IMG/VR virus record: IMGVR_UViG_3300038393_002107
Span: 1-26,748 of that record
Source: a virus
Lineage: Duplodnaviria; Caudoviricetes
Length of the DNA stretch: 26,748 bases
Strand: one strand, 5' to 3'
Part shown: in pieces, positions 24,790 through 26,748 of the stretch
Layout of the letters: each line of letters starts with the position of its first letter
Numbering within the stretch: the stretch's first letter is position 1
The notes under the pieces: generated by a model
Seen by the model: only the letters and a program-made list of their open reading frames with translations
What the model was told of the DNA's origin: nothing
Databases searched by the model: none
Program-made: the position numbers and the translations under genes

Positions 24790-25799
24790 CAAAACTCCAC
24801 GGACGCCTGGATGACCGGCAGCGTTTCAATCGAAAGGGGGGCGCAATAACCGATGTAGGCGTATCCGTCGGCATCGGTGAGTGATTGAGTCGACGTTAAT
24901 GACCCATCCCCGCTAACGATCGACCACGAAACGATTTCGCGCGCACACGGCTCGGCATAGGCGCCGAGCAGCCTCACGCGAAGCTGGCTAACTTTCCCGG
25001 TTTTCGGTGGGGTCACTGCCTCTGGAGCACTCAAACTGTCTGGCCGCACAGCATTGGCCCACACACTCACGTGCCAGTCATCGCGCTCAACGACGCAGCT
25101 AACGTAAATATCAAATTTCACGCTATACCAGGCGCCGTTATTGGCTCCGATACGTGCGACCGGCCTTGCGACCTGCTGTTTCAGGTTGACGTCATAGAAG
25201 AGAATTCCGCCGCCGCCATAAATGATGCAAACGATCCCCGGATCTTTCGTTTTCGATACCGTGGGGGCGTTCGTATAAAGCACCGGATTGGGACCGGCCG
25301 TCAGTTGCGTTTCGACCGCCCAACTTGCGTCGCTGCCATCGATCGCACGCTTTTTTATCACCAGTCCGTGGATTGATAAGATCCGGTCGGCGGCCCTGAT
25401 CTGCGGGTAAATACCCGTCTCGTTTACGAGCCCCGGGCTCTTGGTGATCGGCTTGTCAAAGTAGATTCCGTTTTGCTTGTCGAAGCCGTAGAGGAAGCCC
25501 GATGTCGCTCCGACTTCCGGGTCGAAAGCGGTGTTGTAGATCACCCATTCGTATTGCCCCGAGACGTCGAGCAGAATCGGCCCTCGCGCACGCCCGCGCG
25601 CACCACATGTGCCGTCAAGCTGAGTGACAAAATAGCTAGGCCCATAGCCGAAGACGTCGCCAACGATCGATGCGCTCGCCATCGACCCGATGCCCAACTC
25701 GTCGTCCCAGAACACATTGCTCTTGTCTTGCGGCGCGGTGAGGATGTTACCTGCCCCAAAACGCGCCACGGTAGCGGGTCCAGCGAGAAGCTCCATCAT
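24789..25799 (-). CDS. Tail protein, beta-rich N-terminus plus C-terminal Big_1-like Ig domain
   Basis: ATGA coupling at 25799; C-terminal VSWS...GSLT...TDADGYA motif. Confidence 0.75.
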   Translation of the reverse strand: MMELLAGPATVARFGAGNILTAPQDKSNVFWDDELGIGSMASASIVGDVFGYGPSYFVTQLDGTCGARGRARGPILLDVSGQYEWVIYNTAFDPEVGATSGFLYGFDKQNGIYFDKPITKSPGLVNETGIYPQIRAADRILSIHGLVIKKRAIDGSDASWAVETQLTAGPNPVLYTNAPTVSKTKDPGIVCIIYGGGGILFYDVNLKQQVARPVARIGANNGAWYSVKFDIYVSCVVERDDWHVSVWANAVRPDSLSAPEAVTPPKTGKVSQLRVRLLGAYAEPCAREIVSWSIVSGDGSLTSTQSLTDADGYAYIGYCAPLSIETLPVIQASVEF

Positions 25800-26332
25800 G
25801 GCGTGACTCGCCCGGCAATTTTCATGCGCAGCACGATCGGACCACGGACCCACCCCTGGTGCGCGAGTGACGACAAAGTGATTTCCTTGCCGCCGGCCGT
25901 CAGCCCGAGCAGGATCACCTTGAAGCCGAGATTGCTCGTGTAGGTCGGATACCACTCGACATACGCAAGCGACGGATCCGGTGGGTTCATCCAAAACGCG
26001 AGCAGCGCACGAACCAGCGACAGTTCGCTGGCCACCGACTGGACCCAGCGTTCTTCCACCGTGACGTCACGGATATCGCCCACAAACAGCGTGTTTGCAG
26101 AGCCAAGCAAGGTCTTGGAGCTGGCCCACGTCGGCGCCACGATGACGTCGCCGTCGATATTGGTCCACTCGTCAGGCCCGCGCACGTAATCGTAGGTGCC
26201 AAGCGAAGGGTGAACGAGCCGCCCGCGACCGGTTTGCGTGCTGGCAGCCGGCAGAACGGTCAGTTGCACGGAATCGACGGCGGTAGCCCCATCGCCGATC
26301 GTGATCGTCGCCGAACTGGTCAGAGTCGTCAT
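25796..26332 (-). CDS. Putative distal tail protein
   Basis: Size and position shortly after the tape-measure gene; function inferred from synteny only. Confidence 0.55.
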   Translation of the reverse strand: MTTLTSSATITIGDGATAVDSVQLTVLPAASTQTGRGRLVHPSLGTYDYVRGPDEWTNIDGDVIVAPTWASSKTLLGSANTLFVGDIRDVTVEERWVQSVASELSLVRALLAFWMNPPDPSLAYVEWYPTYTSNLGFKVILLGLTAGGKEITLSSLAHQGWVRGPIVLRMKIAGRVTP

Positions 26333-26340
26333 TGAAATCC

Positions 26341-26559
26341 CTAGATGCCGTGTGTTACTTCGATTGTCACTACGTCGCCTGCCGTGCCTGGCGTGTATTT
26401 CGCGTGCGCCTTGCCGTTGGCGTCGGTATAGGCCTCGACTGCTTCAAGGAGGCCGCTTCCGGTCAGCGTCCATTGGACGGTAACGTTCGGCGGCCCCGAG
26501 AAGATCAATAACGAGGTTGCGTCGACAGCGACGTTGGATGGATAAGCTGAGATAGTCAT
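26341..26559 (-). CDS. Stand-alone Ig-like (Big_1) domain protein, 72 aa
   Basis: VTVQWTLTGSGLL...TDANGKAHAKYTPGTAG; ATGA overlap with the upstream gene. Confidence 0.75.
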   Translation of the reverse strand: MTISAYPSNVAVDATSLLIFSGPPNVTVQWTLTGSGLLEAVEAYTDANGKAHAKYTPGTAGDVVTIEVTHGI

Positions 26560-26748
26560 CGGTTTGCCAGCTGGCGACCCATTTCGCTCTCGAACCAGTC
26601 CGTTATCGTCATGTGGGCGAATTCTGGATGGATCTGAAGCGTGAATGACGAAGGAGAGGCGCTTGCCTGCCCGCCCGGCTGCAGATTGCGGATCCGCTCC
26701 GCGTCGTATGCTGGCACGATCATTTCGTCCTTGTGGATCATCGCCAGC
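26556..26748 (-). CDS. C-terminus of probable tape measure protein (truncated by window edge)
   Basis: AMIHKDEMIVPA motif characteristic of tape-measure C-termini; frame open to the window end. Confidence 0.7.
   Translation of the reverse strand, partial: LAMIHKDEMIVPAYDAERIRNLQPGGQASASPSSFTLQIHPEFAHMTITDWFESEMGRQLANR

Larger units (their letters stand above)
1..26748. mobile_element. Temperate tailed phage genome segment spanning attP
   Basis: Early operon and late (tail, lysis) operon converge on int/att; no host housekeeping genes. Confidence 0.95.

Noticed and set aside
14659-26748. Diversity-generating retroelement or invertible tail-fibre cassette
   Set aside because: No reverse transcriptase or invertase, and I saw no template/variable repeat pair or inverted crossover sites in this window.

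Overview
The whole window is temperate tailed-phage DNA with a lambda-like layout, apparently in the excised or circular (attP-intact) state. Bases 1-9203 (+) hold a structured non-coding leader and then a tightly coupled early operon: Sak4-like ATPase, SSB-like protein, NinB, HNH-like endonuclease, mosaic Ead/Ea22-type proteins, several small ORFs and an excisionase. A P4-type tyrosine integrase (-) follows, then attP (a 25-bp tRNA-Ser 3' end with arm-type repeats and a terminator) and an independently promoted PAP2/Aur1-type membrane moron (+). From 26748 down to 11658 (-) lies the distal late operon: tape-measure end, tail-tip genes, a 1579-aa multidomain protein, hub, fibre module, two holin-like genes, SAR endolysin, Rz/Rz1 spanins and an HTH-metallophosphoesterase. 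The strongest candidates for new biology are (i) three tail-tip genes sharing an Ig-like domain, one extended with two predicted polysaccharide-active domains, (ii) a tRNA-shaped RNA with a kissing-loop elbow and an overlapping alternative fold, and (iii) the PAP2 moron beside attP. All family assignments come from motif recognition by eye; no searches were run.
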